Made by a program: the position numbers and the translations under genes | Source of the DNA: Lepidodermella squamata | Taxonomy: Eukaryota > Animalia > Gastrotricha | Direction of reading: 5' to 3' | DNA: 64,000 nt | Assembly (NCBI GenBank): GCA_047495785.1 | Contig: JBLDXI010000021.1 | Coordinates: 930,001 to 994,000, forward strand | Shown here: positions 47,341 through 60,482 of the stretch, piece after piece | Numbering within the stretch: the first letter of the stretch is position 1 | How the letters are laid out: every line of letters begins with the position of its first letter | The notes under the pieces: generated by a model | The model's database searches: none | The model's input: only the letters and a program-made list of their open reading frames with translations | Told to the model about the DNA's origin: nothing

Positions 47341-50300
47341 ATGATGCTTCAGACTTCAATTTTCGCTATTTCTGCGCTGTTTGCCTATACCAATGCCGCT
47401 CGTCCAGCTATCGTTTATCGGCGATCCGAATTCGATAAGCTGCACGAGGCTATTAGGACCTATAACGAAATGGTCGCGTTCAGCCTTATGGAGTACGATT
47501 TCCACCGTAATGTAGACGTTCAAAACGCCTCGGGATGGGCGCCGATTCACGTCGCAGCTCAGGCTGGGAGCGAGGCCTTTGCCGCCTATCTCATCGACAA
47601 CCATGCCAATCTACGCCTGACAACAAAAGGAACAAATCTTCAGCCTCTTCATCTAGCGATAATCAATAAACGAATTTCATTTGCGCAACTATTGCTAAGG
47701 GCTGATGATGAATTGCTGAATGAAAGATGCTGCGGTCAAAGTGGTAAGACTATGTCGCACCTTGCTGCTGAGTACGACGTGGCGGAGATGTTGCACTTCA
47801 TGCCGAAATTTTTCAACGCAACCCAACTCGATAGCTACGGCCAGCCGGCGATTTGCTACGCCGCTCGTAACGGCAGCTTAGACTTTGCGCGTCGCTATTT
47901 CTCCGACCCGAATTTCGCGACTATCCTCGACATTGACTCGCCGATTTGCACGTATGAAAACAGCTCGATCAAAGCTCCGCTGCTTCACATCGCCGCGTAT
48001 CACCAGCAAATTAAATTTGTTGAGTTGTTGCTTACTCGACATGCTAATGTTAGCTCAACTGACGGATCGGGTGGTACAGCAGTCCACGCCCTGGCATTTC
48101 GTAATAACTACCAGAGTGACTTCACCATGGCTAGCATGATTGCCGCTGAACTGGAGGAGGAAGGTGCAGATATTGAGGCGCGAGATGACGGCGGCCGGAC
48201 GCCGTTTTTAGCCGCGATTCTCTCGAATTCCATCAACTTCGCTCGAGTTTTGGTCGAGCAATTCCGGGTGGGTAAAACCGTTGTAGACAAGTTGGGATTT
48301 TCCGCCTTCCACCTAGCAGCTAGGCCGGATGTAATCGACTTCCTCGCGAATATCACCACCTATTCAACTTATATATCGGAGCTGAATCGAAGAAGTCAAC
48401 CTGAATGTGAAAATCTAGGCCCGGAACATTGCCCTGAAACCATAAGTGGGCTCACCCCTCTTTTGCTGTCAGTTCGATTGAAGCGGGACGTTAAATTCCT
48501 GAAATACCTGGTCGAACATGGCGCGGACTACAGATTGGCTAACGATTTCGGGCAAAATGTGCTACACATCGCTGTCGAGGCTGATCATATGAAGGCGTTG
48601 CGTTACTTCACGGCGGAGAGTTTCGCAAATTTGACCCAGATTTGCGACAAACTCGGACGAACCGCGCTTTTCTACGCTGTTGAGCTGAACAAAACCGACG
48701 CGGCTCGAGTTTTAGCTACGGCGGTCGAGCGAAGTTCGGAATCTATCGACAAACAGCCGATTGCAATGAAAAATTACACCCCACTCCACATGGCAGTTCA
48801 CAATGGAAATGTCGCTATTGTTGAGGCTTTGTTGGGAAATGGAGCTAATGCCACAATTCTGGCGTCAAATGGCCGGTCTCCGATTCATGAAGCTGCGGCG
48901 AATCATAATTATGCTATGATAAAGAAATTCGTGGAAATGACCCATCCTGTCCTACTACTAGTTCCGGACAAATTAGGCCGAACCCCGTTGCATATTAGTG
49001 TCTCCAACATAGCTCAAGATTATTTGATTGCTAAACTTCTGCTTGACACAAATCCGGACAGTTTGAATTTGTTGGACATGTTTGGCGATACTCCACTCCA
49101 ACGGGCAATTTACCACGAAAGTTACGATATTGTCAAATTATTTTTGGAGCACAATGCAAGTTGTTCGATGATGGATGCTCAAGAGCGGAGTCCATTGATG
49201 TTGGCAAGGCAGATCAATAACGAAGACATTGTTCGGCTAGTTCGCGAATTTTGCAACGAAACCACGGATCAGGCAAATTGTGTTGGTTGTGATGCGTCCC
49301 AAAATGGAAACGGGCCAGTTTCGAAAAGTGAGATTTTCGAATTTAAATTTATTTAAAAAAATTTAAATTTAAAATTTAATTCACTAATTTAATTTTAATT
49401 ATTTTATTTTATTATTAAATCCGATTGTTCCTCATAAGGAATTAGAATTCTCGCGCTATTTTATTCGAATTTTTCCAAGCAAAAAAATTGACCAGTTCAA
49501 AACTAGACGCTCGCGGGAAAATTCTACGTCCATTTAGTAGCTAATTAAAAGGTCAAATTTTAATTTAATTAATTTTTCATTTTTACTAGCCTGTGCCGCT
49601 ACGCCTTTGGTCGTACACGGACATGTTGAGATGGGTACCTCATTTGTTGGCACGATTCGCCGATTCACATGCGAAGATGGGTTCCTAATCGAAGGTTCGA
49701 ACATGGTAAATTGTACCGATGATAGTCGTTGGGTCCTCGATGGCTACTGCCGAAAAGCCTGCCGTGGTGGCGTGGTCCTCGAAAATGGAATAATCGACAT
49801 CGCAGAGGGTCAATCCTACTCTCTGACCGGTTGGTTGAGATGTGGAGCTGGCACGAGACTTAACGGCATTAACATCGTCCGATGCAATAAGGCCGGTCAA
49901 TGGGAACTAGCTGGCCGATGTGAGGTAGGAAATACTCGAAATTTCTCCGACTCAGTTTAATTTTTTCCGCAGTCTTCGATACCAGTATTTTACCGAACTG
50001 ATTACATGGCTAGCTGGAACACGACGATAAGTGGCTCGCTAATGCATGCCGGTTCGGATATCGAAGCTATTTTGACCCTTGATGATGCAAATCTACCCTA
50101 TGAATCGCCATCAGTGCTCGTTATTACTCATCAAGGACAAATTACGGTATTTTAAACCAAAAAGATTTTAGAATAAATTTTATACAGCTATTTTGAAGGC
50201 TCTCTCTCGCAGTGACTGGACGAAAATTGAATGGCAAGCTCGGGTTGCAATCGACGATGTGTACATACTACACGCCGTTTACGATTCAGTTGAAGATGAC

Positions 50301-51275
50301 ATTTACTTCACTAATTACGGCGAAAAACTAGGTCAACAGATCTACCGAGCTAGCCGCTGGTCATTGATGACGGCTGGGAATGTTTTCGGCGCTGTAGTAC
50401 CCCTTCAGACCCTTATCTACCGGAGTCAAAGCGCTGGCAGGCGATTTAGAGGCATGACCATCGACAACGATGCTCGACTGCTCTACGCCTGCGACTACGA
50501 CGGGGCAGTTAGGGACATTTCAGTTTGGCTCTTGCTGCCCGCGACTTCCTCGTCCAACTCAATATACGCGTCGAGACGCGCGAAATTGATTGGGTCAATT
50601 AAGATGAGCTACCCGCCGATGTTCTGCGCTATTCATGTGTTACCCCGAAAAGACACCCCGCCGGCTTTTGGCGGATCGAACATCGAACATCGAAGCACTA
50701 GGGCGAAGGATATTATTGGGGATGATATCTTGCTACTAGCAGTCGCTGATCATAACGGCAATCGGGTCGAAGTTCACGCTGCGTCTTTCGCGAATTTTGC
50801 GCGAATTGTTCGAACTCAGCATGAGTTGTATCGGAGCAACGAGTTTTACAACCCACTGGTTGAACATTCGGGCAATGAGACGGCGAATCTTGTTGGGAAG
50901 CTCTTCAGCCATTTCTCGGTCATCAGCGAGCAGGACAAGGCCAAACCCGGTAAAATAGGCTCGGTCTACTGCCCGAATGAAGTCATTTTCGATCCCCTTG
51001 GAAATTTATTTGTCGCGGATAACTGCAATTCAAGAGTTCAGGTAAATTTGGACAACTTGACTGATGGTCTTCGTAATTATTTTTATTAATTTCAGGTTTT
51101 TCGAATCGATGAGTCACAAAGCATTTGGGCTCCTATGCGCGTAGTATGGGCGTCAAATTCCTCGGCAAAGGGACCTCGAAATTTATTCCGAGTACGCATA
51201 CTACGTAACCCTAAAACTGGCAAGCCAACTCTACTCACCAACTCAGGCGGCAGCGTCTTGACCTACTTTGACTGA
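47341..51275 (+). CDS. Predicted secreted ankyrin-repeat, 2x Sushi/CCP, NHL beta-propeller protein (5 exons)
   Basis: Signal peptide MMLQTSIFAISALFAYTNA and many ankyrin repeats. Intron 49328-49589 joins in frame to Sushi domains (C...HG...FTCEDGFLIEGSNMVNC...W...C). NHL motif CPNEVIFDPLGNLFVADNCNSRVQ|VF. Stop at 51273-51275. No TM helix seen. Confidence 0.78.
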
Positions 51276-51633
51276 TATGGTCTAATTAACCCAGGATTCT
51301 ATGCTATTCTATTGTTCTCAGTCTAATTTCTGTACAAATAAATTTTAACCTTTTTGCAGTGCAGTGATTAATTAAGGTTGCTATTACTTTTCTGCGCGAT
51401 GATTAACTCAGCCGGCGGTACGATCAACAGGAAACACGCGCCATTGGAAACACTACGGCACCGATAATAATTACGCGCGGCGCGGCGCGTAATGAACAGC
51501 GGTATACTTCCGCCGGATCGGCCTACAAGTGCCTTGGCTGAGGGGCCGACAAATCACCGTGCAATAACCGGTGCAAATTTCGATAAAGGCGATTTTCTTA
51601 TACATTTTCCCAAAAAAAGCAAAAATTTCTAGA

Positions 51634-52119
51634 ATGGCTAATCTCCAGCATATGAAATTGGGCGAGTCGAAATCCGTGAACAAAGCCTCGCAGGCAATAA
51701 TGGTAGGCGAGCATTTGAAGGCAGCAAATCGAGCCCTTCGACGTCACCAATCGCTGTACGAAGACGAAATGAAGCGAATCGGCCGAGAACGTACCATGAA
51801 AGAGGCCGAGTTCCAGAAAAACCTCACTGAAATCGAGAGTGAGCACGCTTCGATCACTAAATCTACAGGCCATTTAGTAAGGAAATCCACTTTTTGGTCT
51901 TAAATAGGAAATACTGATTCTATTGACTAGGACGCGCAATCGAACGAAAAATTCAGCTCATCAACTCTTAGCCTGGCGCATTATTTGAAATTCGTGAGGC
52001 GTCGGGTTCACAGCGATGCTAAATTTATTCGGCTACCCCCAGGGTCGTTCGGAGCTTCGAGTGGTCGCAAAAGTTCACTTAGCACAACGCCAAATAACAG
52101 CTTATCGTCAATTAAATGA
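51634..52119 (+). CDS. Small coiled-coil protein of unknown function (2 exons)
   Basis: ATG 51634; charged helical stretch (YEDEMKRIGRERTMKEAEFQKNLTEIESE); GT-AG intron ~51877-51930 keeps the frame; AATAAA follows the stop. Confidence 0.5.
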
Positions 52120-52271
52120 AAAAAGCTTTAAGGACCCAAGCAATAAAATGATTGTTTTAAAATTCTGTTATTGGTTTATTTTGAACAAGTCGCGATACTT
52201 CCAACAACGTTAAAAAATTAATAATAATATCAAAAAAATTCTGAACAAGAAATTGTCATTTTTTCAAGCAT

Positions 52272-53370
52272 TTATTTCGAAGATGACGGGCCACACAGCG
52301 GGACTTGGGACGAGTTGAGCATGATGACGGTTCCGTTCGGCTCAGTGCTGACGTTGCTGAAGCTGGTGTCGACAGATACCATGCCGTAGCGCCGGTACAT
52401 GCTTCGGCCATCGTCTACGACCGAAATTGTTTGGTCTTCGCCCTCGCTTGGCCGGCGTTCTTGGTTGTCAGGGTGCAGGAGTACTCGATAGGTAAGAGAG
52501 CCTAAACAGCCGCCAATAATCGGACCGGCCCAGTAAACCTTGCCAGTTCGAAGAAAAATTAATCACCCCCAAAATTATTGTTAAAAATTCACCCATTGGT
52601 GAGTCCAATACCAATCAATTAAAGCCGGCGCAAATGAACGAGCTGGGTTAATGCTGCAACCGGTGTAAGGTATCTAAAAAATTAAATTAATGTTGAAATT
52701 GAAATTGAATTGAAATCAAATTAAATTCGTTAAAGTTGATTAAAAAAATTAATTAAATTCAATTTAAAAATTTAATCAAAATTTAATTTAAATTTCAACT
52801 CACGGCGACGAGGTGCAAAACAGTGACCGTCAAGCCGATGATTAGCGGGTTGGTCGATTTGGTCAGTTGATGATCTTTTCGGCTCTCGTCGATACATGAC
52901 CCAATAACCAATAACAGGATAAAGGTGAGTGCGATTTCAGCCGTCAAGCCTTGCCATTGAGAGATGTTCATCGATAGGTACGTCAGCCCGAGGCTACGGC
53001 GTTTCTCTTCCGGGACTAACTGGCACAGAATTCCACTGCCGGTTATCGCACCGATGAGTTGAGCAACAATGTAGAAGAAAGCTCGAACCAGTGAGATTCG
53101 GCCGACACTTAACAAGCCAAGCGTGACTGCTGGGTTGACATGGCAACCGGAAATTGAGCCGAAAGTTCGAATGAGCACAGTAACTGTCAGGCCGAATGCC
53201 AGCGCGATTCGGACGAGGTCAGAGCTCGTGGTGACGTTGTCGCCCGGGGCTTGAAGAACAATGGAGCCACACCCGATGAAAACCAGCAGCAAAGTGCCGA
53301 AAAATTCGCAGAAAATCGCGCGCCAAAATGCGAGCGATCGGAGATCTTCGATGACTTTGTAGGTCACCAT
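52272..53370 (-). CDS. Aquaporin, cluster copy a (3 exons)
   Basis: FWRAIFCEFFGT, SGCHVNPAVT, PYTGCSINPARS, VYWAGPIIG. Confidence 0.92.
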
Positions 53371-53975
53371 AATTGCCTGGTAATTAAAGCTGTCAGCGGC
53401 CGATATTTGATAGAAGACTCGATAGTTTAAAACGATGAAAGAACTTTAAGATTTTTTGTTTTAGCTGTTTTCGTTGTTATAGAAATGTGATGTATGTTGA
53501 AGATTATAAGTATCGTACGATTATTTCTTAAGGTTCTGAAATAAGGTCACGTGCTGCGATGGCAACTGCTCCGTCTCAGTCTCAACGCGCACGCGATTTT
53601 AGCTCGCAAAACAAACAATGGCGTGCGTTTTATTCTATTTCTATGCATCACCTGTGGGGTCAACTTTTTCATCGCGCCGTCTACACCCTGAATTAGGTTA
53701 CCTCAGACAAATCATGATGATGCGTTGATCAGTCTGGCGGTGAATAGAAAAATTTATTTACTTTTCGAAAAATGTTATTATTCTTGTTTTAAAATAATTA
53801 CAAGATAAAATCAAGAAACCATCTTTGAGCTGCGTCGCTCTATACATAAAGGCACAACAAGAGAACATTGCTAATCACTAATCTCGATTAATACAGTTGT
53901 TTTTTGCTAACTTTTAAGGCGCGTGTAAGATGTGTCACATTTTATTATGAGGAAAAGTAGGTGAAACAATGGCCA

Positions 53976-54992
53976 CTACTGGTTCGCGGTCGGTGGGTTT
54001 GAGTAAGTATGTGAAACCACCATGGGCGCGTCGCTTCGAGTTGTGTTGACAGAATAGTGCTGTTGGGCGTTGATATCCTGCATACGTGACGTAGCCGGCA
54101 TGGCGACGGACGGTTGGCGGACTAAGATTTCAGGGTGCAGGGCCGATGAGAAGGCGAAATGATACGTTAAACTGCCGAGGCAGCCGCCAACTATCGGGCC
54201 GATCCAGTAGATCCAGTGGGCATCCCAGGTGCCGCTGATTAAAGCCGGGCCGAATGCGCGGGCAGGGTTAAGAGCTGCGCCGGAATAAGGAATCTAAATT
54301 AAAATAAAAAATGTAAAATTATTCTAAATAAATCAGAAAAAATGAGAAAACTATTTTTTTCATATTTAAAAATTTTTTTTTTACGACGATGAAAGACTTA
54401 CGCCCATTAAGTTGAGGATGATGATGGTTGTACCAATGGTTATCGGAACTACAGCGCGGCCTTTTCCGTGATCGCGGCGGCCTTCGTCAACGCAAGCGCA
54501 AATGACCATGAGCAGCAGGAAAGTAAGGATAGCTTCGAGAGCAAAGCCTTGCCCAACTTCGGTGCCGTTTGCCAGACCACATGATCCTAAGTTACCATGC
54601 TTAGCCGGCGGAACGATAGCGTACAACAGGCCAGAACCAATCAGAGCACCTGCGCATTGCGAAATGGTGAAAAAGATAGCTCGAACGAGTGAAATGCGTC
54701 CGATGCAGCACACGGCAAAGGAAACGGCTGGGTTAAGGTGGGCGCCTGAAACTGGACCCAAAGTCCATACTATACAAGTAATTGTCATGCCAAATGTGAA
54801 AGAAATGCGCATGATGGCTGAGGAACTTTGAGGAATCGCTTGTGGCCCATCATTTCCAGCCAAAATAGCACCACATCCGATGAAAACTAGTAATGCGGTT
54901 CCGAGGATTTCGGAAATGCAGGCCCGCCAAAACGGTTTTGCCTTCAAGTTTTCGCTCAATTTGAATTCGACCGTTCTACTGTTGGCTGACAT
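53976..54992 (-). CDS. Aquaporin, cluster copy b (TM5 His replaced by Asn)
   Basis: [10 protein letters not shown]; IILNLMG|[16 protein letters not shown]; exon 2 is 54293-53976. Confidence 0.92.
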
Positions 54993-55772
54993 TTTTTTAT
55001 GCCGGGCAAAAATTGATGTGGCACGCGACTAACTGCCTCTAAGATAGATTTGCCTAAACTATTACCAGTTCCACTACGCGAAGTAAAGGGAGATAACACG
55101 CGTGCGCTTGCCAACGCCCGCGGGTTTTTGTTTACACGGCAAGGCCGGTGGCTTTTGTGCGGGGTAAAGAGGGGCAAGAAGTAACTATCATTTAGTTTCG
55201 ATTAGATAATGCCCGAGCGCGGAAGTCATAACTGTGCGTTGACTTTTTAGCACTCAGTCGCCGCCAGAGTGGGCTAAATGCCGGCTGTATAAAAGAGTGA
55301 CCAACTTATTCTAGAAATTAACTCGCAAGCGCATAAAACTTAATTATCGCAGACGTCTGCAACTTGTGCTTCCTAGTTATTTTTCAACAGATAACAGGCG
55401 ACACCCGGGCGTTTCGAGTGGTGTGGTGGCACTTTGCTCTCGTGTCAATTAACAAGTATAAGTTGCAGCGGAACTTCCTAACTCCCGACTGATAATGGAC
55501 TACGGCACGCGCGAGGTCATTAACTGATAAAAGTGGAATTAATTAGGTGATAATTTGCCAAAACATTACATGGGAGCCCTATTTTTCTCAAGGAGTTGAT
55601 TCGAAAAATGTCCTTCTCATAAGTTCACTCTAATTTTAAATTGAATCAAATTTTCACGCGACCGTTTCCCCTTTATACGTTGAAGAAGAAAAATATATTA
55701 TTCGCTCAGTTTTATTTCCGATAAATAAGACAAAAACTGGATTCGTAATAATGAGATTTTACATGAATATAG

Positions 55773-56897
55773 CATAGAGAATAGAGTTACCAGAGATGAA
55801 ACTCCTATTGGAAACTTGAAGTTTTAATTCTTTTGCCGATTTTCGTAAATTTTCATTATGGCGGATCTTTTTGAAACTGGCGCACACATGTTTACATGTA
55901 AAACAAGGGTGTTTTTCCGCGCGCTATCCCCAAAATAGCTCATCATGGAATTCCGATTTTTTTATTGTAATCGATGGGGATTGGTTTCAACTACAACCAG
56001 TTCAAAGGATTTCGTACGGAAATGAACGGTTTTGACGCCACAGCGATTTCCGCGAAGGTCACTTTTTTAGGGGTTCAAAAATGGCTGTTTTTGCCTTGAC
56101 TCCACGGCCACATCCTTGATCGGACTATCACTTTCTTTATTGGAAATGATAGAACTGAGTCCATATTATAATCATACAAAATATTAAGTTTATGAAAGCC
56201 ACCGTTCAAAAGTTATTTATGGTTTTCGGATGCATTTTTTTCTTGGTTTACATGCTCCATACCTATACCACCCATGGCCGTCAATCCGGATAACAAAACC
56301 TGTTCGTGCCTCGTATGATCAAATGCTCGAAATTAGGGAAATTCTGTAGGCTGCTTTGAAATAAATTGAAAAAAAACTAAACAACGATTTCAGCCTTTGC
56401 AAGTAGCAATATTCAAAAGCAGAATCCCGAAAAAATGCATCCGAAAACCATGAATAATTTTTGAACGGTGGCTTTCATAAACTTAATATTTTGTATGATT
56501 ATAATATGGACTCAGTTCTATCATTTCCAATAAAGAAAGTGATAGTCCGATCAAGGATGTGGCCGTGGAGTCAAGGCAAAAACAGCCATTTTTGAACCCC
56601 TAAAAAAGTGACCTTCGCGGAAATCGCTGTGGCGTCAAAACCGTTCATTTCCGTACGAAATCCTTTGAACTGGTTGTAGTTGAAACCAATCCCCATCGAT
56701 TACAATAAAAAAATCGGAATTCCATGATGAGCTATTTTGGGGATAGCGCGCGGAAAAACACCCTTGTTTTACATGTAAACATGTGTGCGCCAGTTTCAAA
56801 AAGATCCGCCATAATGAAAATTTACGAAAATCGGCAAAAGAATTAAAACTTCAAGTTTCCAATAGGAGTTTCATCTCTGGTAACTCTATTCTCTATG
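55773..56897. mobile_element. Non-autonomous foldback DNA transposon (MITE-like), ~470-bp TIRs, 8-bp TSD, probably P-element superfamily
   Basis: Begins CATAGAGAATAGAGTTACC and ends GGTAACTCTATTCTCTATG. Arms ~55773-56241 and ~56429-56897 are near-perfect reverse complements. Direct repeat GAATATAG at 55765-55772 and 56898-56905. No long ORF. Confidence 0.92.
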
Positions 56898-56996
56898 GAA
56901 TATAGACTAAAATTGATCTGAGCGTTAACCAGCAAAAAAGGTTCAAGCTTGAAGTAAAAACGCAAGGAAACAAAAATTTAGGAGGATTTTTTCCAA

Positions 56997-58014
56997 TCAA
57001 ACTTGGCCACTAATTGAGTCAGATAGAGTTCGAATATTTTCAATAGATTCGCATCTCATATCAGCGGCAGCCGAGCAGTTGTAGCTCTCAAGCGGAACTT
57101 CAACCACCTGTGACAGTGCGCTCACAACTGAAAAACGGCGATCCAGCGGCGCCGGATGAACCATTGATCTTTTATTGTTTTTATTGCCGTATGTACTCGC
57201 TGAGCTGGTGCTGGTGTCGTCTGACCCAGGTTGCGATGGCGAAATGAAGAAGTGGTAGCTAATTGTCGACAAACTCGCGCCTATTATCGGCCCAACCCAA
57301 TAGACCCAATGGTTGTTCCAGCGTTGCATTATCAGGGCTGGCCCAAAAGATCTAGCTGGGTTCATACTTGCGCCAGTGAAAGGGATCTGAAACAAAGATA
57401 ACACGTGAAATCTCAGTCAACCTAAAATTTCGCAATTTTACTCCGACAAGATGAAGCGCTGAGATCGTGAAGCCAATCGTTAGTGGATTAGTAATTTTCA
57501 TTTTAAAGTGGTCAATCCGCTTCTCATCAAGACAGGCTGATATCGCAAGGACGAGAATGTAGGTCAAAATAATTTCGGTCGCGACGGCTTGACCTGGTGT
57601 AATGTTATTGAGCAGTTTCGTCGTCCCTAAACTCGAGCGATGAGTGGCAGGCAAAACGGCGAACAACAGGCCAGATCCTAATACTGCCCCAAGCATTTGA
57701 GCTATCGAGTAAAAAACGGCTCGAAATAGCGAGACCTTTCCAATCATCATGAAAGCAATTGATACTGCCGGATTTATGTGACAACCAGAGACTGGGCCGA
57801 ATGTTTTTATGAGAATATTCACAGCGAAACCGAAAGCCAAAGCTATTCTAATAGTATTTGAGCTGGAGACAGGTGCATTTTCGTTGAGGTGGAGAATTAT
57901 CGAGCCGCAGCCGATGAATACGAATATCGCCGTAGCCAACAGTTCGCAGCCAATTGCTCGCCAAAATTCGAATCTGCGGATATTTTCCGCCACTATAAAG
58001 CGTAATTTCGGCAT
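56997..58014 (-). CDS. Aquaporin, cluster copy c
   Basis: [10 protein letters not shown]; ALHLVG|[13 protein letters not shown]; close paralog of copy e. Confidence 0.92.
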
Positions 58015-58422
58015 AGAGCTCTAAATTTAAACAGTTTAAAGCGGAATTTTGCAACTGGGACGCTGTTGAGAGGGAATTTAAAGGTGGCAGAAGACAAGGT
58101 GCGAAAATTATTTTAAGCCGGCTCGACAGGATTTAATGAAGAGCGAGCGATACGTGGCGATTCCTTTCGATCCGATATTTATGTCATTGGTGCGCACTTG
58201 CGCGTACTTTATCTGACCAGATTCATGTCCAGAAAACAATTATACCTCCTAGCTATGCATTATTAATCATCGTCGGTACCCATATCTTATAATGATGCAC
58301 CGTCTTCGATTCCTCATCGACAAAACAAAGAGCTATATAAAGCGTGTTTTACTATGGCGTCATGTACTCAGTTTAAAATTTCAATTTTTTATCAACAAGA
58401 ATGTAACAATTAAGCTGGAATT

Positions 58423-59629
58423 TTACATGTTAGTGAAGGCACTCGGGGCCATGCACATTGACATTGTCGAGGTAGAACTGGTGGTGCTTTTCACGCTTTT
58501 CGAGCTCATCGTGCTTCGATGGCTGACCGTACTTGCGTTTGAATAAACTGAAATTTGCTGCATCGGAGCGCGAAGTCTGTTGGGGCATTGGGAAGTGGCA
58601 GGTTCTCGATAGACGGTCGCCTGAGTGATGTCACAATCATTATTACGGTTTTGACGATGGACTGGTTTCGCCATGGATTCTCCGCTTAGCAGAAAGCGGT
58701 ATAGAAGGGCGCTGGTGATGGCGCCGCCGATGGGACCGGCCCAATAGATCCAGTGGTACTGCCATTTCCAATTGATTAGAGCGGGCGCAAAGCTACGCGC
58801 TGGATTCAGACTTGCACCAGAGTAAGGAAGCTGAAATTATTATTGCATTTAATATTGGATGAAATCTTGGAAAAGTTGTTGCCAGACACAAAAATCAGCG
58901 ATCGTCTTTTTTAATTAATAATTAAATTAATTGATTAATAAAATAAATTAATAAATAAATTATTTAATTAATAATATCAGAAATCCCTTCAATTTAATTT
59001 TATAAATTTTTAAATTTTTTATAAAAGAACTATAGGAAATAGCGTTGACATACCCCGAATAAGTTGAGAATCACGACCGTGAATCCAATGTATAGGGGAT
59101 TTGCACCTTGCGAATTCTTGAAATCATGCCTCTTATCGTCGATGCAGGTCGAAATGACGAGAACAAGCATGAAAACCATGATGAACTCGCTGAAGAATCC
59201 CTGAATTTCGTTCATGTCCGGGTGCATCTGAGTGATGCCCAAGTTGTTTTTGTGGTCTTCGGGTAGGATGAACATCAGTAAAGCTGCTCCGCATATCGCT
59301 CCAGTCATTTGCGCGATAATGTTGAAAATGACTCGAACTAGAGTAGCTCTACCGCCGAACATGAGCCCGATCGAAACAGCTGGGTTAAGATGGCAGTCAG
59401 CGACCGGGCCGAACGCCGAGATGAGGACAGTGATAGCAAAGCCGCTTGTCAGAGAAACTCTGACGATGCCGCCAGAAGAGGATAGGACTTGTTTATCCGG
59501 CCGGAAGTGAAGCACAATCGAGCCGCAGTCGACGAAGACGTAAATCAGCGTGGCTAAGAACTCGCCAATGACCGATTTCCAAAATCGGCGGTCAGTGATG
59601 CTCTCATGGATTTTGATGAATTTAGTCAT
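58423..59629 (-). CDS. Aquaporin, cluster copy d (TM5 His replaced by Asn)
   Basis: FWKSVIGEFLAT; ADCHLNPAVS; VILNLFG|LPYSGASLNPARS. Confidence 0.9.
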
Positions 59630-60482
59630 GACTGTAAGCCTTTCTGTGTCAGGAAATAAGCATAGTATTTTTAGTTGAGAATTTATTCCAAGGATAACTT
59701 TAAGATTTATCAACAGGCACGTGCCTTTGGTAGTTGTTCACCAGCTGTTAGGCTCAGGAAGTTCATGCCCTACGTAATGACTTTGCCCTAGTTTGTATGT
59801 GAAACAGATTGACCTAATATATCGTAACGAGGGTAAATTTGGCCAAATTATGCTTTTCGAAGGTCAAAGATCAGCTTTGGCTCGAAAGATTTGAACTAAA
59901 GGTGATATTCCTGAATTTCCAGACATATTTGAAAATTTTCAATTTTCACCTGATTTTACGAAAAAGACGCGTTTTGGCTAACCTTGGAAAATTAGTGGGT
60001 AATTTTGGACTTGCATTTGCATTAATAGGTACAGCGGCCTCGTGAATTGCGATTTTCAAGATTTGCCCTTGAAATCTGGGTCAAATTTTAAAGAAAATGA
60101 AGAAAGTATGACTGTAAGCAAGCGAGAAATGGGGTTCGGCGAAATGTTTATTTTGATGCCGCTTTCAAGATCAATGAATGAGGAGTCGAACCGTGCCAAA
60201 AGGAGGTTGACAGTCATCCTGGTTGCAGGGCAAATGGGCTTTGAAGTTTATCTGAAGAAATGCAAATTGAAAAAAATGCTCGCTCAAAAAATCTGAGTTC
60301 TCATGGCATTACCTACGGCATTTTTTTTCAAAAATCCTACAAAATTCTTTTCAGTGGAAAATGTAGCTGATTATCAAAATCAGGGAATTTTTATTCGGAA
60401 ATTTGTAAAATAATCATGAAATTCATGAGAAAAAAATGTCTGTCAAACATGAGAAGCGGAATAAAAAAGCGATTGACTGGAC

